Source: Blepharisma stoltei ATCC 30299 (taxonomy: Eukaryota > Protista > Ciliophora). Taken from it: 64,000 nt of DNA. Of this stretch, positions 12,436 through 23,413 are shown piece after piece. The position numbers and the translations under genes are program-made. Below the pieces are notes generated by a model. It worked only from the letters and a program-made list of their open reading frames with translations. It had not been told where the DNA came from and ran no database searches. The stretch covers positions 248,001 through 312,000 of the forward strand of contig CBFDEM010000036.1 in the NCBI GenBank assembly GCA_965603825.1, given 5' to 3'. The first letter of the stretch is position 1. The number at the start of each line of letters is the position of its first letter.

Positions 12436-13530
12436 TTAATCTTCATTAGATGCAGGCCAAAACGCCTTTAATGAGACCATAAGGTTTGCGTACTCTCTTG
12501 GATTTTGTTCCAAGATTTCTTGAGTTCTTCTAGTCATAAGTTTAGCAACTTTCAATACATGTTTTCTATTTTGAATTAGTTCTTTATCAACTTTATCTCG
12601 GTACTCTTCAAATTTCTTAAACCTTTGTTTAGTATTTTTCACAGTTTGGCTTGCTAGTGATCTATATTTGCTCATTCTGCTTGCCACTTCCCTTTGTTTA
12701 TCAAGATTTCTCAGTGAATATCTAAGATGCCAGGATTGGACAACGTTATATCCTTCATATCTTCTCCCTTTCATATATCTATCGACGAGTGGTGAATACT
12801 TCATATGAAGCAGCTTTTTCTGAGGGGCCAGTGGCTTTTGTAGATCAGGCAAGGACGAAGTATTCGTATTTTGGCGTTTTAATTTATTCCTCAAAACGTT
12901 TCCAGCGCCTAAATCCAAGTCCCATTTTTCATAAGCCAAGTTGCAAACTGGAACTCCTGTTACTTCTTCACACAGTAAGTCAAAAAATGAGCTCATAAAC
13001 GTTTCGCTCATTATAAGACTTCTTGACTTCGGAAACGCGAAAAATAGTGAATAATACACAGCCTGAGCTAAGTCATCGTAATAAGTTTCAAAGAATTTGT
13101 CTCTATAATTCAAATCGACTGACAAAAACAGCTGCACATAGTTATATGCTATTCGGTCTAATAAGAGCTCCTCAATTTCTGGGTGCTTTCCAGCTCGAAT
13201 TAATTTGCAAATACAGTACCAAAAGAAATCACTAATTATAAATTTGTTTTCGTCTTTTGTGAAATTGGCTGTTCAAGTTTTTTTGGGCTTTTTTTCGCGG
13301 CCGACGTTATTAATGACTCTCATTAAATTCACGTTTTTCGGGAGGAGGTGATCAAGTTGATCTGAAAGGAAATTTGGTGGGACAGCTTCTTCGATTTTAT
13401 AAACTTGCTGAGTATGAGATTGGGGAGTATCTTGGCTAGTACTGAGAGGAAGGCCTGTTGAAGCGTCAACGCCTGTTAAAAACGTGCCTTTGGTGGACAA
13501 TAACTTGTCTTTTTGAGTTTCTTCTTGCAT
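12436..13530 (-). CDS. FAM227 / FWWh-domain protein
   Basis: DFFWYC...DRIAYNYVQLFL...DKFFETYYDDLAQAVYYSLFFAFPKS; joined through TGA at 13273. Confidence 0.75.
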
Positions 13531-13652
13531 ATAAATTCTAAAAATGGAACAGTTTCTAAAAAATCAATTTATTAATGATTTTCAGATATTGATATTTTGA
13601 ATAATTTAACGCTAAATTTGTATTAAAACTTTATAACAATGCCTTTTAAAAT

Positions 13653-14354
13653 ATGTCAAACAAGTACTTCCCTTATTTTTGTCCTCCAAAAACCAAATGG
13701 ACACCTTTAGGAAAACTTTCAACCCGATCTAACAGTTTTGAGCCCTCAAAAATGCAAATTTCTGCTAAAACGAAGCCTTTATCACGCGAGTCAGATTCTA
13801 ATTGCAGCTTTAGTGTTTCTCCTCTAAAGCCTAAAAACGACCAATGTGTTTCATATAGTATCGATAGCTCTCAAAACCCGAACGAACTGCAATTGTTCTT
13901 ACAAACTCCAAGACAAGATGACTTTCAATCAGAAGCATCCTTTCAAAAAGTTAACGATTCACGAAACAATTTACTCAAAAATGATAATTTTGAGTACAAA
14001 ACTAAACTCAGCCACTCCAAAAGAAGCTTTTTATGTGAAAACTCTATTTATTCTCTAATGAGAAAGCTTGAGCCGAAGCCTATTAAATTCCTTTATGAGT
14101 CCCCTTATACAACTCGATCTTTAAGTGCGAAGAAAAGGGTTATCAAATACTATTCTTCTAAAGAAGTGAATAAAGAAAAAGAGCCATACTATCGAGGACC
14201 AATTATAGTTGGATCAATGATAAAAGGAAAAGAGTCGATAAAAGCAAAATTGGAGAGAAGGAAAAGATTTCCACGAACGTCAAGTAATGCGAACACCACA
14301 ACTGAGGAATCTTACTACACTCTTATAGAGTCAAGCATTTCTAAATTTGCATAG
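13653..14354 (+). CDS. Hypothetical basic, Ser-rich protein
   Basis: 233-aa ATG..TAG ORF. Confidence 0.7.
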   Translation: MSNKYFPYFCPPKTKWTPLGKLSTRSNSFEPSKMQISAKTKPLSRESDSNCSFSVSPLKPKNDQCVSYSIDSSQNPNELQLFLQTPRQDDFQSEASFQKVNDSRNNLLKNDNFEYKTKLSHSKRSFLCENSIYSLMRKLEPKPIKFLYESPYTTRSLSAKKRVIKYYSSKEVNKEKEPYYRGPIIVGSMIKGKESIKAKLERRKRFPRTSSNANTTTEESYYTLIESSISKFA

Positions 14355-14470
14355 TAGATTGCTATAGCGGTTGTGCGAAAATAATAATATTCTTAACTTA
14401 AATGCTAATAATAAATATTTTAATCCTAAAAAACTTGCCTTAAAAGCTAATTTCTGTAACTATTATCAAA

Positions 14471-15625
14471 ATGGAGAGCGAAGAGGATGAGATCAGATGT
14501 AGGCTTCCTGAACTGTATCAAATAATAGCTTCGTCTGCTAGAGGGATAAACTGGTCTGAAGTCCATGGCGATTTAGAACATCTTAACTGGCTTCACTTTG
14601 ACAAGGCAAAAGCTATGAATATATTAGAAAATGCTTTAGAAATCATTGATTTGGCATCCCTTACAGACTCAGATGGGAATTCGAGATATAATATTTTACA
14701 GCATAATAGGGTCATTTTATTCTTAAACCGACTTGTCTTCGAAATGACTAATGAGAAAAAATCGATGAAAGTGCTTGCTTCTCAGCTGAAAAAGAAAATT
14801 GACTCCTTTATCTTTTTTAAAAGTGCTAAAAATACTTTGTTGGGTGTAGAAGACGAAAGCCTTGCTCAACTTTTTAAATTCCTAGACAGCTCTTTTCAGA
14901 TTATACAAGAAGCAGTAATTAATATTTTTTCATCTGCTGACAACGCTTTTAAACAAGAAGCTTATCAGTCCATAGAAAAATATTTAATCGAAGCGTTCCT
15001 TACAAATATTTATAACGTAAAAAAATCAATGCTGAAACAAATCCCAGAAATCAAAAGAATTATTGATAATAAGTATACGACATATTCATCAATGAAACCT
15101 AATGGAGGAATATGAAGCACAGGAGGATACTATTCAACGTCATCAAGAGAAAATGATTATTTTGGAGAAGTTGATGAGCATGGAAATCGTCATGGCTATG
15201 GAAAGATAACCTTTTGTAACGGTGACAAATATGATGGACATTGGAAAGACGATAACATGCATGGAAAGGGGATTTATTTTTGGAAAGAAGGCGGAAGATA
15301 TGAGGGAGATTTTCATGATGGAAAAATGCAAGGGATTGGTAAAAGACTGTATTGCTCAGGAAATGTGTATGAAGGAAGCTTTGTTAATAATAAAAAAGAA
15401 GGAAGAGGTGCTATGAGATATAAAAGTGGAGATCATTATGAGGGAGAATGAAAAGATGATGATATGCATGGTGAAGGAGTTTATACTTGGAGCACTGGGG
15501 ATGTTTATAGAGGGAGGTTTAAAGGAGATAGAAGAGAAGGAAAAGGAACTCTCACTCTAGCGAGTGGAGAAGTGTATGAAGCTGAGTGGAGAGATGATAA
15601 AATGAATGGTCGAATTCCATTTTAA
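14471..15625 (+). CDS. MORN-repeat protein (helical N-terminal domain plus about 7 MORN repeats)
   Basis: Repeats of YxGxW/FxxxxMHGxG. TGA at 15113 and 15449 (YEGE[W]KDDDMHGEG) read as W; ends TAA 15623-15625. Confidence 0.93.
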
Positions 15626-16003
15626 TATTAAGAGTCATTAATATAAAAACACATTGTTTTTATATGTAGTCATTTTACTAAATCATTAGAATATATCTTT
15701 TCATTTTTCTGAATTATCTGTTTCAAATTTTGGCGTCAAAAATGTCCATTTAATATTTAATTTACTAAAATTTAAATTCTTAGTTGTGCTATTAATTCTC
15801 AAATTTATTTCTGCACAGAATAGCTAACTCATGTCTAAATTCAATTAATTTCTAAAAAATTTAATTTCTTCCAACAATATTGCTCTATATATCCTAAGCT
15901 TAAATTTCGATACAATTAGCATTTTTCAAATAAAATATTCAATTATTCTCAGCCATATCATTTAATTCCTTTTATATCGAAATAATAATTCATCAATAAA
16001 AAT

Positions 16004-16813
16004 ATGCAAGCTTTGAGCGCTCCCTATCAATGTAAAGGTTGCCATGTGGCTATCAGCTCTGAAGAGTTTCTGATACATTGGGAGCCACATTACATTTTTT
16101 CTGTAGTGTAAGATTCATATAGCTCGAACACCAAAGTAGAAGCCGAAAACAAAGTTACTTGCTCATCTTGTGGAAAGCATCTAGGATATAAAGAGGTAAA
16201 ATTTTAAATCAGGGGTTTGCAATGGCATTTGGAGCCTAGTTCACTAGATTTAAAAAGTATTGAAAAGGCCGATATCAATTTGTTTTCACTCAAGGCGCAA
16301 GATATGGCAAGTGTTAAAATCATGATCGCCGGACTGCTTGAAAATACAAAAATTGAAGTTAGACAAAATGTGCTGCTAAGAAGCCAATTGAGAGGCTTTC
16401 AATATAATTCAGAAGCTGATTTAGTTGTACTCCATCACCGTTCTGAAGGAAGATTGCTACTCACAGACAGGAATGGCTTTTATATGGACTTTTTGGCAAG
16501 CGTTTATAGATTTATGGAAGGAAGAGTGCTGATCTTAATAACAGATATAGAAGAAGACCCACCTGAAGGAGCTTTAGTCTCCTCAGAAATATATGAGCTG
16601 TCTAAGTTTGGGGATCAGCCAACTATTGGGATTTTGGGAGAAATGGGGAAAGTTGTTTGCTATAAAAATTCGCCTTCAGAATATCAGCTGAGTCATATCA
16701 AAGAAAGCATTTTGAGGTCAGCATTTTATAGAGAACCTGCGAATTACTCGAGGTTGCCTGATATTTTTCATCCTACCACAAATCCAAATAAGTTTAAGTG
16801 TTCATTACTATAA
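16004..16813 (+). CDS. Yippee/Mis18-like zinc-binding domain fused to an unknown domain, C-terminal CaaX (CSLL)
   Basis: YQCKGCHVAIS...VTCSSCGKHLGYK after removing intron 16108-16122. The second junction near 16196-16213 is unresolved. Confidence 0.6.
16108..16122 (+). other. 15-nt intron GTAAGATTCATATAG
   Basis: Removes an in-frame TAA between the two CxxC pairs. Confidence 0.88.
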
Positions 16814-17645
16814 ACATTCCATAAATATTAAGAATAATTAATTCAATTTTGTCTGATTTAAAATATCAAATATTAGCTGGGATTAGGCTAAATCAATTTT
16901 AATAAAATATGATGAACTTGTTTTAAATAACTACTTTGGCAATAATTTAAGATTTAAATAGATGCGAGCTTATTATCTATATAAATTTAAAAAATGTTTT
17001 CAAGCATAAAGAATGTCAAAATAATTTTTCAATAATTTATTTCGAATAATATAAGTTTCAAAAATATGCGAATGCAATATGGATTAACCTTACCAATTCT
17101 GAAAGCTAAAATCTTCTAGATATCATGCAATAGAATGTATAAAAAAAGAAATATCTATTATCGATAAAATGCCTTATTTATTTTTTAATTTTAAATTAAA
17201 AGACTTTTATTATTTCTTTCTCTCTTATTTTACATTATTTATTTTGCTAATGCAAGCTTTTAGTATGCTGCTTCTAAAATATATAAATTGGCATAGACCA
17301 GGAATCAGTCTATTGTCTCCAACTCACTAGATCAAAATCCAATTTTTTTTTGCTCCTTGTATTGGAATCCACATCCATAAGATCCGCAAAGACAACGAAT
17401 ATAAATTATCATATTGGCTACCATTAATGCAGATAATTTGTATAAAAATAAGAATAGGCATGGATTAGTGAATGCATCATAAAACTAATTGTTTATGAAT
17501 TCTTATAAATTTCTGATATTGGACATTCAAAATTTGAATTTTCTATTTCTGTTTCATGTTCTGCTAACTAATTATATTCTGAACATATTAATGTTCAGCT
17601 GTATTTTTAATTTGCTTAAAAGATTATGCACTTCTCCAATTATAA

Positions 17646-18005
17646 ATGAATTGTTTTATTGTTTGCATCAAAGCAATTAAAAGGAAATCCACAAAGCAAA
17701 TTTTGCCTAAACAGGAAGAGACTTCAAATACTCCAAGTTCACAAACCCCAAATAACGCCAATCATTCTAGATCTCTAAGCTTAATTTCAATTCTTTCTGA
17801 CTCGAGTAAGCTAGCAGAAGATAGCACAGAACTAAGCAGAGTGCCTTATATCCAAAGAAAACGGCCCAAGGCGTATAATGTAAGAAATAATTCGATTACA
17901 GTTCGACACACAAAAACAAATGAAGTGCTTACTAGTCAAAATACCAGATTAATCAGGATACAAAAAAACCACTCGGACCAGCCAATAGTCCAGGTAAAAA
18001 ATTAA
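17646..18005 (+). CDS. Small hypothetical protein (N-terminal Cys and basic patch, then disordered)
   Basis: 119-aa ATG..TAA ORF with higher GC than its flanks. Confidence 0.6.
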   Translation: MNCFIVCIKAIKRKSTKQILPKQEETSNTPSSQTPNNANHSRSLSLISILSDSSKLAEDSTELSRVPYIQRKRPKAYNVRNNSITVRHTKTNEVLTSQNTRLIRIQKNHSDQPIVQVKN

Positions 18006-18062
18006 TGTATTTTAAACTAATATAATATTTTGCAGCGTCAAAAGAAATTAATTTACACTTCT

Positions 18063-19193
18063 CTATTTAAAATTCACTTGAGAATCGCTCTTTTCTTTTA
18101 ATTCCATAAAACTGATAAAAGGTGTGCTTGGCCTTGATTCTATCTGACATATTGAGCTGATTATACTCCTCTTATCGTCATCTTCTTCAATATACTTTCT
18201 CATATCAAAATCAGGGGTTTCCAACAGCTGCTCCAAATCAATTTCTTTTTGTGATCTTGGTGTCGATGACTTTAAAATTTTATTTCTATTTTCAATTTCC
18301 GCTTTTGAGTCACTTATTCCATAGGAATTTAGCTTGGATTCAAAATATTGAATAATCTGCTTGTTTTCAACAACAAGCAAAATTTCTTCATAGGCAAATG
18401 CAAAATCAATCCCAATTGTGTCAATTAGGTATGCTATGCATTCCAAATAAGGCAAATTCGCTTTTTTTTTGCTGTTTACCGCTGCTATTTGTACAGCATT
18501 TTCGTTTCTTTTGTTTCGAGCACAAAAATTTGCTTTGCACTGTTCATGTAAAAATTTCATCATTGCGTAGTTTCCATTTCTTGCTGAAATTAAAGCACAG
18601 TTTTCGCCTGTGAGCTCATCTTGATAATCAATGTCAAGCTGAACTGGGCAGTATGGCTGTGTTTTAAAATAATTGTGAACATAGCTGATAACATTGATAT
18701 GCCCGTTATTGCATGCCACATGAATTGCAGTATAGGTGCTTTTAACCTTTGCATTATACTGTTCAGCGGTGTTAAAATCAACTGAAACTTCCTCTTGAGC
18801 AAGAATTGAGCCTTTTTCAGCTGATAAATATATCGGAATCACGTCTTCTAGTAGATCTGTATAGCCTTTTGCACAGATTAAATCAAGAGGAGATATACTT
18901 TGTCTCGCTAATAATTGCATAGCTTCTTGAATAGAGGCATCCAAATGGTGAGCTAAATACTTGAAAACTTCTACTTTGCCCAAGTATAGGGCATATGCCA
19001 ATGCACTAAACTGCATTTTTTTAACAGCGATCATGGGCTCATCTACGTTAACTGCACTTTTAGTATTATTTTGATCCACCGATTTAAATAAATCTTGGAG
19101 TGCTTTTATATTATCATGTTCGATAGATTCCCGCAACCTCTGCGAGAATGAACCTCCTGAATTTCTATTTTGGGCACTTTGGCAACAACCCAT
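18063..19193 (-). CDS. Ankyrin-repeat protein with N-terminal MGCC dual-acylation motif
   Basis: SALAYALYLGK, SPLDLICAKGY, TAIHVACNNGH, NCALISARNGN; begins MGCCQS. Confidence 0.88.
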   Translation of the reverse strand: MGCCQSAQNRNSGGSFSQRLRESIEHDNIKALQDLFKSVDQNNTKSAVNVDEPMIAVKKMQFSALAYALYLGKVEVFKYLAHHLDASIQEAMQLLARQSISPLDLICAKGYTDLLEDVIPIYLSAEKGSILAQEEVSVDFNTAEQYNAKVKSTYTAIHVACNNGHINVISYVHNYFKTQPYCPVQLDIDYQDELTGENCALISARNGNYAMMKFLHEQCKANFCARNKRNENAVQIAAVNSKKKANLPYLECIAYLIDTIGIDFAFAYEEILLVVENKQIIQYFESKLNSYGISDSKAEIENRNKILKSSTPRSQKEIDLEQLLETPDFDMRKYIEEDDDKRSIISSICQIESRPSTPFISFMELKEKSDSQVNFK

Positions 19194-19369
19194 AATTCAA
19201 CTACAAAAATAAAGCGAAAAATAAAAAGGCACCAGATTTACTGCAAAATTCACTGTCTTGGTTTTCCAATAACTTTGCCAAAGCTATTATGATAACTTTA
19301 TAATTAAGCTAATTAAGTTTACTCATAATCTTATAAAGATTTCTGATTAAAAAATAGTAATTTTGGAAT

Positions 19370-20008
19370 ATGAGGAGGATTGTTCTTCATTATTTTGATA
19401 TGTATGCAAGGGCTGAGACTTCAAGAATGATTCTCAATTATGTGGGCGCCCCCTTTTTGGATCTTAGATATGATATGAATACCGAATGGCCTGATGCTAA
19501 GAATGATGAAAAGTTTGAAATGGGAAAATTGCCTTGCTTGGAAATAGATGGGAAAATCTTGATTCAAAGTGGAAGCATAGAAAGATTTTTATGTAGAGAA
19601 TTTGGGCTCTACCCAAAGGATAACTATAGCATTTATTTAACGGAGTCTTTAAGAGACATTAAGGAAGATTTCTTCAATAATAGATTGAAATACCTCATGG
19701 TTCTCAAAGATCGTGCAGGGTGGGACAAATGGTCTGAAGAAGAGTTGCCAAAAATGCTAAAAGCAATAGAAAAGCGATTTATTGCAAATGGAAATAAAAA
19801 TTTCTTTGTAGGGAGCTCGCCGACATTAGGAGATTTTGCTATTTTTTTTATGGTCCATGATTTTATGATTAGAAAAAAAGCTCCAAAAAGAATGTCAGAA
19901 ATTCTTATTTCCTCTGCCCCAAAATTAATAGATTTTGCAGAGAATTTTAAGAATACTTCGCCTTTGTTTTTAGATTACATGGAAAATCGAGAAGATTTAC
20001 CATTTTAA
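19370..20008 (+). CDS. Glutathione S-transferase (sigma-like)
   Basis: LHYFDMYARAETSRMIL, GKLPCLEIDG, QSGSI.RFL, FFVG.SPTLGDF. Confidence 0.95.
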   Translation: MRRIVLHYFDMYARAETSRMILNYVGAPFLDLRYDMNTEWPDAKNDEKFEMGKLPCLEIDGKILIQSGSIERFLCREFGLYPKDNYSIYLTESLRDIKEDFFNNRLKYLMVLKDRAGWDKWSEEELPKMLKAIEKRFIANGNKNFFVGSSPTLGDFAIFFMVHDFMIRKKAPKRMSEILISSAPKLIDFAENFKNTSPLFLDYMENREDLPF

Positions 20009-20025
20009 TTTAGATAATTAATAAA

Positions 20026-20550
20026 ATGAGCATCTCGATCAATAAAAGGCTTTCGGTTTGGAAAAGTGATAATTCTTTTAATCAGAACAGTCTATCTAAT
20101 CTATCGCCTAGGGATTTAAAGCCTCCACAGTTTAAAATCAAAATTAGTACTTATTATACACATCAAAACAAAGCAAGCCCAAATAACGTTACATCATTAA
20201 ATTTTAGTCCAAAATGAGGACAAGAAGCAGCAAATGGGCTTTACAAGTTAAGCCAAAGTGGTGATTTTACACCTTATGCACCTTCAAAGCCTTTTAAATT
20301 TCCACATTTGCCTATTTCGTTATCAAATAAAATTATAAAGAAGCATAAGAAGAATATGATTCTTAATAGCAATTTATTGGCTAGAGGGGTAAGTTTGAAT
20401 ATTCTTCCAAATATATCTCCTTACAAAAGAAGAGTTATCAAAAGTGAAGTTCAAGCTTTAAGCACGGATAGCTCTCACAACAAAAGATGAAACTCTTGCC
20501 TATCATCAATAACTCCTATAAAAAGAGCTATTAAAATACAAACAGAATAA
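20026..20550 (+). CDS. Hypothetical basic low-complexity protein
   Basis: ORFs 20026..20217 and 20308..20490 share a frame and join through TGA; ends TAA 20548-20550. Confidence 0.65.
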
Positions 20551-20633
20551 TTGAGTTTTTTTAAGGTCTATTACAATTAAATAGTACTTGATATAGCATT
20601 AGTCAAATACTTAATTAATATAAATTTCCAATT

Positions 20634-23294
20634 CTAAGTCAATGAGCTACCGCTACCCTTTTGTCTTGAATCCAACAATTCTTTTATTGTTCTATATGCT
20701 GTAGGCTTCATTACTATATATCACTTACAAAAGTTATCCATTCCTGCTGCTTCAGCCTTTTGTCTTGCATCTTTATCACCGCTTAACCCACATATAAAGG
20801 TTCTCGGATAATGAAATTTTGCCTCTATCTCTCTTATTTTTTGTGTTGCTTTGAGTCCATCTAATTTTGGCATTATTATGTCCATAAATATCACTTTATA
20901 AACAAATCCTTGACTAGCATAAGACTCAAACATTTTAATTGCTCCATATCCGTCTCTTGCAAAGTCAACGCTTCATTTCATATTTTTAATAAAATTTTCT
21001 AATATTTCTCTTTGTTGTTCATCGTCGTCAACCACTAAAACGCTATTAATGCCCACATCGAAACAAAGACTTTCCTTTCTTCCTTCATGAAAAAGGAATT
21101 TTTTAACAGAAAATATGTCTCTATCAATAATTATAGGAAAGTGATTGTTTTTACTGGAAAATTTTACTTTTCGGGATCTTAAGATTTCTGTCTTTTTAGC
21201 TTTTAGCCTGTAATATTTTCTGGATAATGAGCTAGAATGAATAATATAGTCAGATAGTATTTGACTGCCATTTGATAGAATTTCGCATGAGTTGCACTTA
21301 CAGTCTATATTTATTGCATTTTCGTTGTCTTCTCAATCCTCACTCCCAGAAGAAATTTCTTCATCGCTGCTTAAAGACTGAGTCGGAGTTCTTACTCTCG
21401 ATATTGAAATCCTTGGCATGAACCTTTCTTCTATTAAATTAGCTCCAATCTGGTTGATAATTTGGATTTGAAAGACCTCTTTTTTCTTTTTATTTTTAAT
21501 TGTTTGAATTTGTTCCTTTAAAATAACAGTTTCATCCACTGGGTACCTGGAAAGCATGTCATGCTCATATTTTATATTTGGCCTCCATTTTACAGTTAAT
21601 GGAGTTTCAGTTATAGAGCCGCTTGTGCTTAATCTCAAGAGCTTTGTAGGAGACTCCCTTTCTATGGTTGTGAAAGGAAGCCTGAACGAGATTATGCATT
21701 TTCCAATTTCTGTGTCCGAGATTGTAGTTTCTGTTATAGATCCTTTTAAGATATGAAGCATACTTTCAAAAATAGCCATCCCCGAGCCAAATTCTTTGAT
21801 TGATAAAATAAAATCACTGAATTGCTTCCTCTGTGAAATGCTTTTTTGAAATAAATAGTTCAGTTCATCATCTGCTATCTTTGAAGACCTAAAAGTGAAT
21901 TTGTAATTTACTGTAATATCTTTTTGAACAGCTGTGGCAACTTCAATAAGCAAATATATGTTGCTATGGTCTTCGCTATGAGAAATTATATAGGATAGCA
22001 TAGTATATACAAGCTGGTTGTGGAAACTTCGGTATCCATTTACACAGTTTGGCAAGCCTTGATCTCTGGTGTATGTTAGGCTGATTTCTTTTTCAGATGC
22101 TTGTAGGTAGGCGAGTTCTATGGAGTTTTGGATTTCTATGTTCAAATCAAAATTTGTTCTCTGAGCTGATATTCTGCTTGAAAGATATTGCTGGATTAAT
22201 AAGTTGTTTTTTAAACTATTATGCAAAGAGTTTATTGTAGTTAATGTTCCTCGATTAAGTGAAGTTTTTGACTGATAAATCATTGCTGCAGTAAAAGCCA
22301 TTCTTTCAAAAGCTGCCTCTAAGGTTTGACAATTATTTATAATTTGCTGTCGAGAAATTGCATAGCTTGATATATCAACGCATATAATTTTTACACAATT
22401 TTCAGACTGTCAACTAATATGCTCTGCAGAAATTAAAAGACCCAAACTGTGCAGCGGATCTGGCCTCTTAATATCTTGAATGATAAATTCATCTACACAA
22501 TATTCCCCAGATAATCCAGTCTGGATTAAATTTCTAATATATGGTTTATCATCGTCACCAAAAAAACTTTCAAAATTATCATCAAATTCTTTTGATTTAT
22601 TACTATAAATTTCCAATAGCTTCATTGCAGATTTATTATGAAAAATTATTTTTCCACCAGATTGCAATATAAATATTGGGTGAGGTGATGACTGAAATAA
22701 TTCAAAATAGCTTCCCTCTGATTTTTTAAATGCGGTATATATACGTCATAAATCCCTTAATTGTTTTTCTAGGCAAGCAATAAAAATTGTATAAGTAATA
22801 GAAGATAAAATAAGGCCTGCAGGGTAGATATTATTTATAATACAAATCAGCAAATATTCTGCACCGAAAATAATGCTAGAATAGCTTCATTTCTTTAATA
22901 GATATAAATTGAGAACGAATGATGGGAATTGCGCACCTAGACACTCAGAAATTGATGATTGTCCAATGTATGTCCTTAAAAAATAAAAGCAAAAAAATTC
23001 TGTCAAAATCCTTTGAAAATAATTGTTGAATCTAATAAAAGGCAAAAAAGGAGCGAGTCCAGTAATGAAATAGATATAGGAAATAAAATCCATGTGCCCA
23101 CACAAAAGCCCAAGACTTAATCCTATAACTGCTCAGCATGATATCACATTCATTGAAAATTTTTGCTGCATGCCTATTTCATATAAATACTTGCTTTCTG
23201 ATGAGAAGTCTTTAAAGGCTAGGTGCCAAGCTTGTGTAAACTTTCTGCTTTTCAGATATAAATTTTTCTTGCAAAGAAATGATTTGTTTTTCAT
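20634..23294 (-). CDS. Membrane hybrid histidine-kinase-like protein (TM region, PAS-like, degenerate HisKA/HATPase, receiver)
   Basis: Five supplied ORFs share one frame, joined by TGA. PAS-like YFELFQSSPHPIFI...IIFHNKSA. Receiver VLVVDDD...FMDIIMPKLDG...CGLSG...FLMKP after removing intron 20714-20728. Confidence 0.85.
20714..20728 (-). other. 15-nt intron GTAAGTGATATATAG
   Basis: Removal restores the receiver-domain GMDNFLMKP motif. Confidence 0.88.
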
Positions 23295-23413
23295 TTTTAT
23301 TGTGGCCAATTTTGTTTTCTGAAATATAGGCTTATATATTTTTAAGTATATGCAATTATCACAATATGCTAAAAAAAGCAAATTAAACTTACAAATAATT
23401 ATTAAGACAATGG

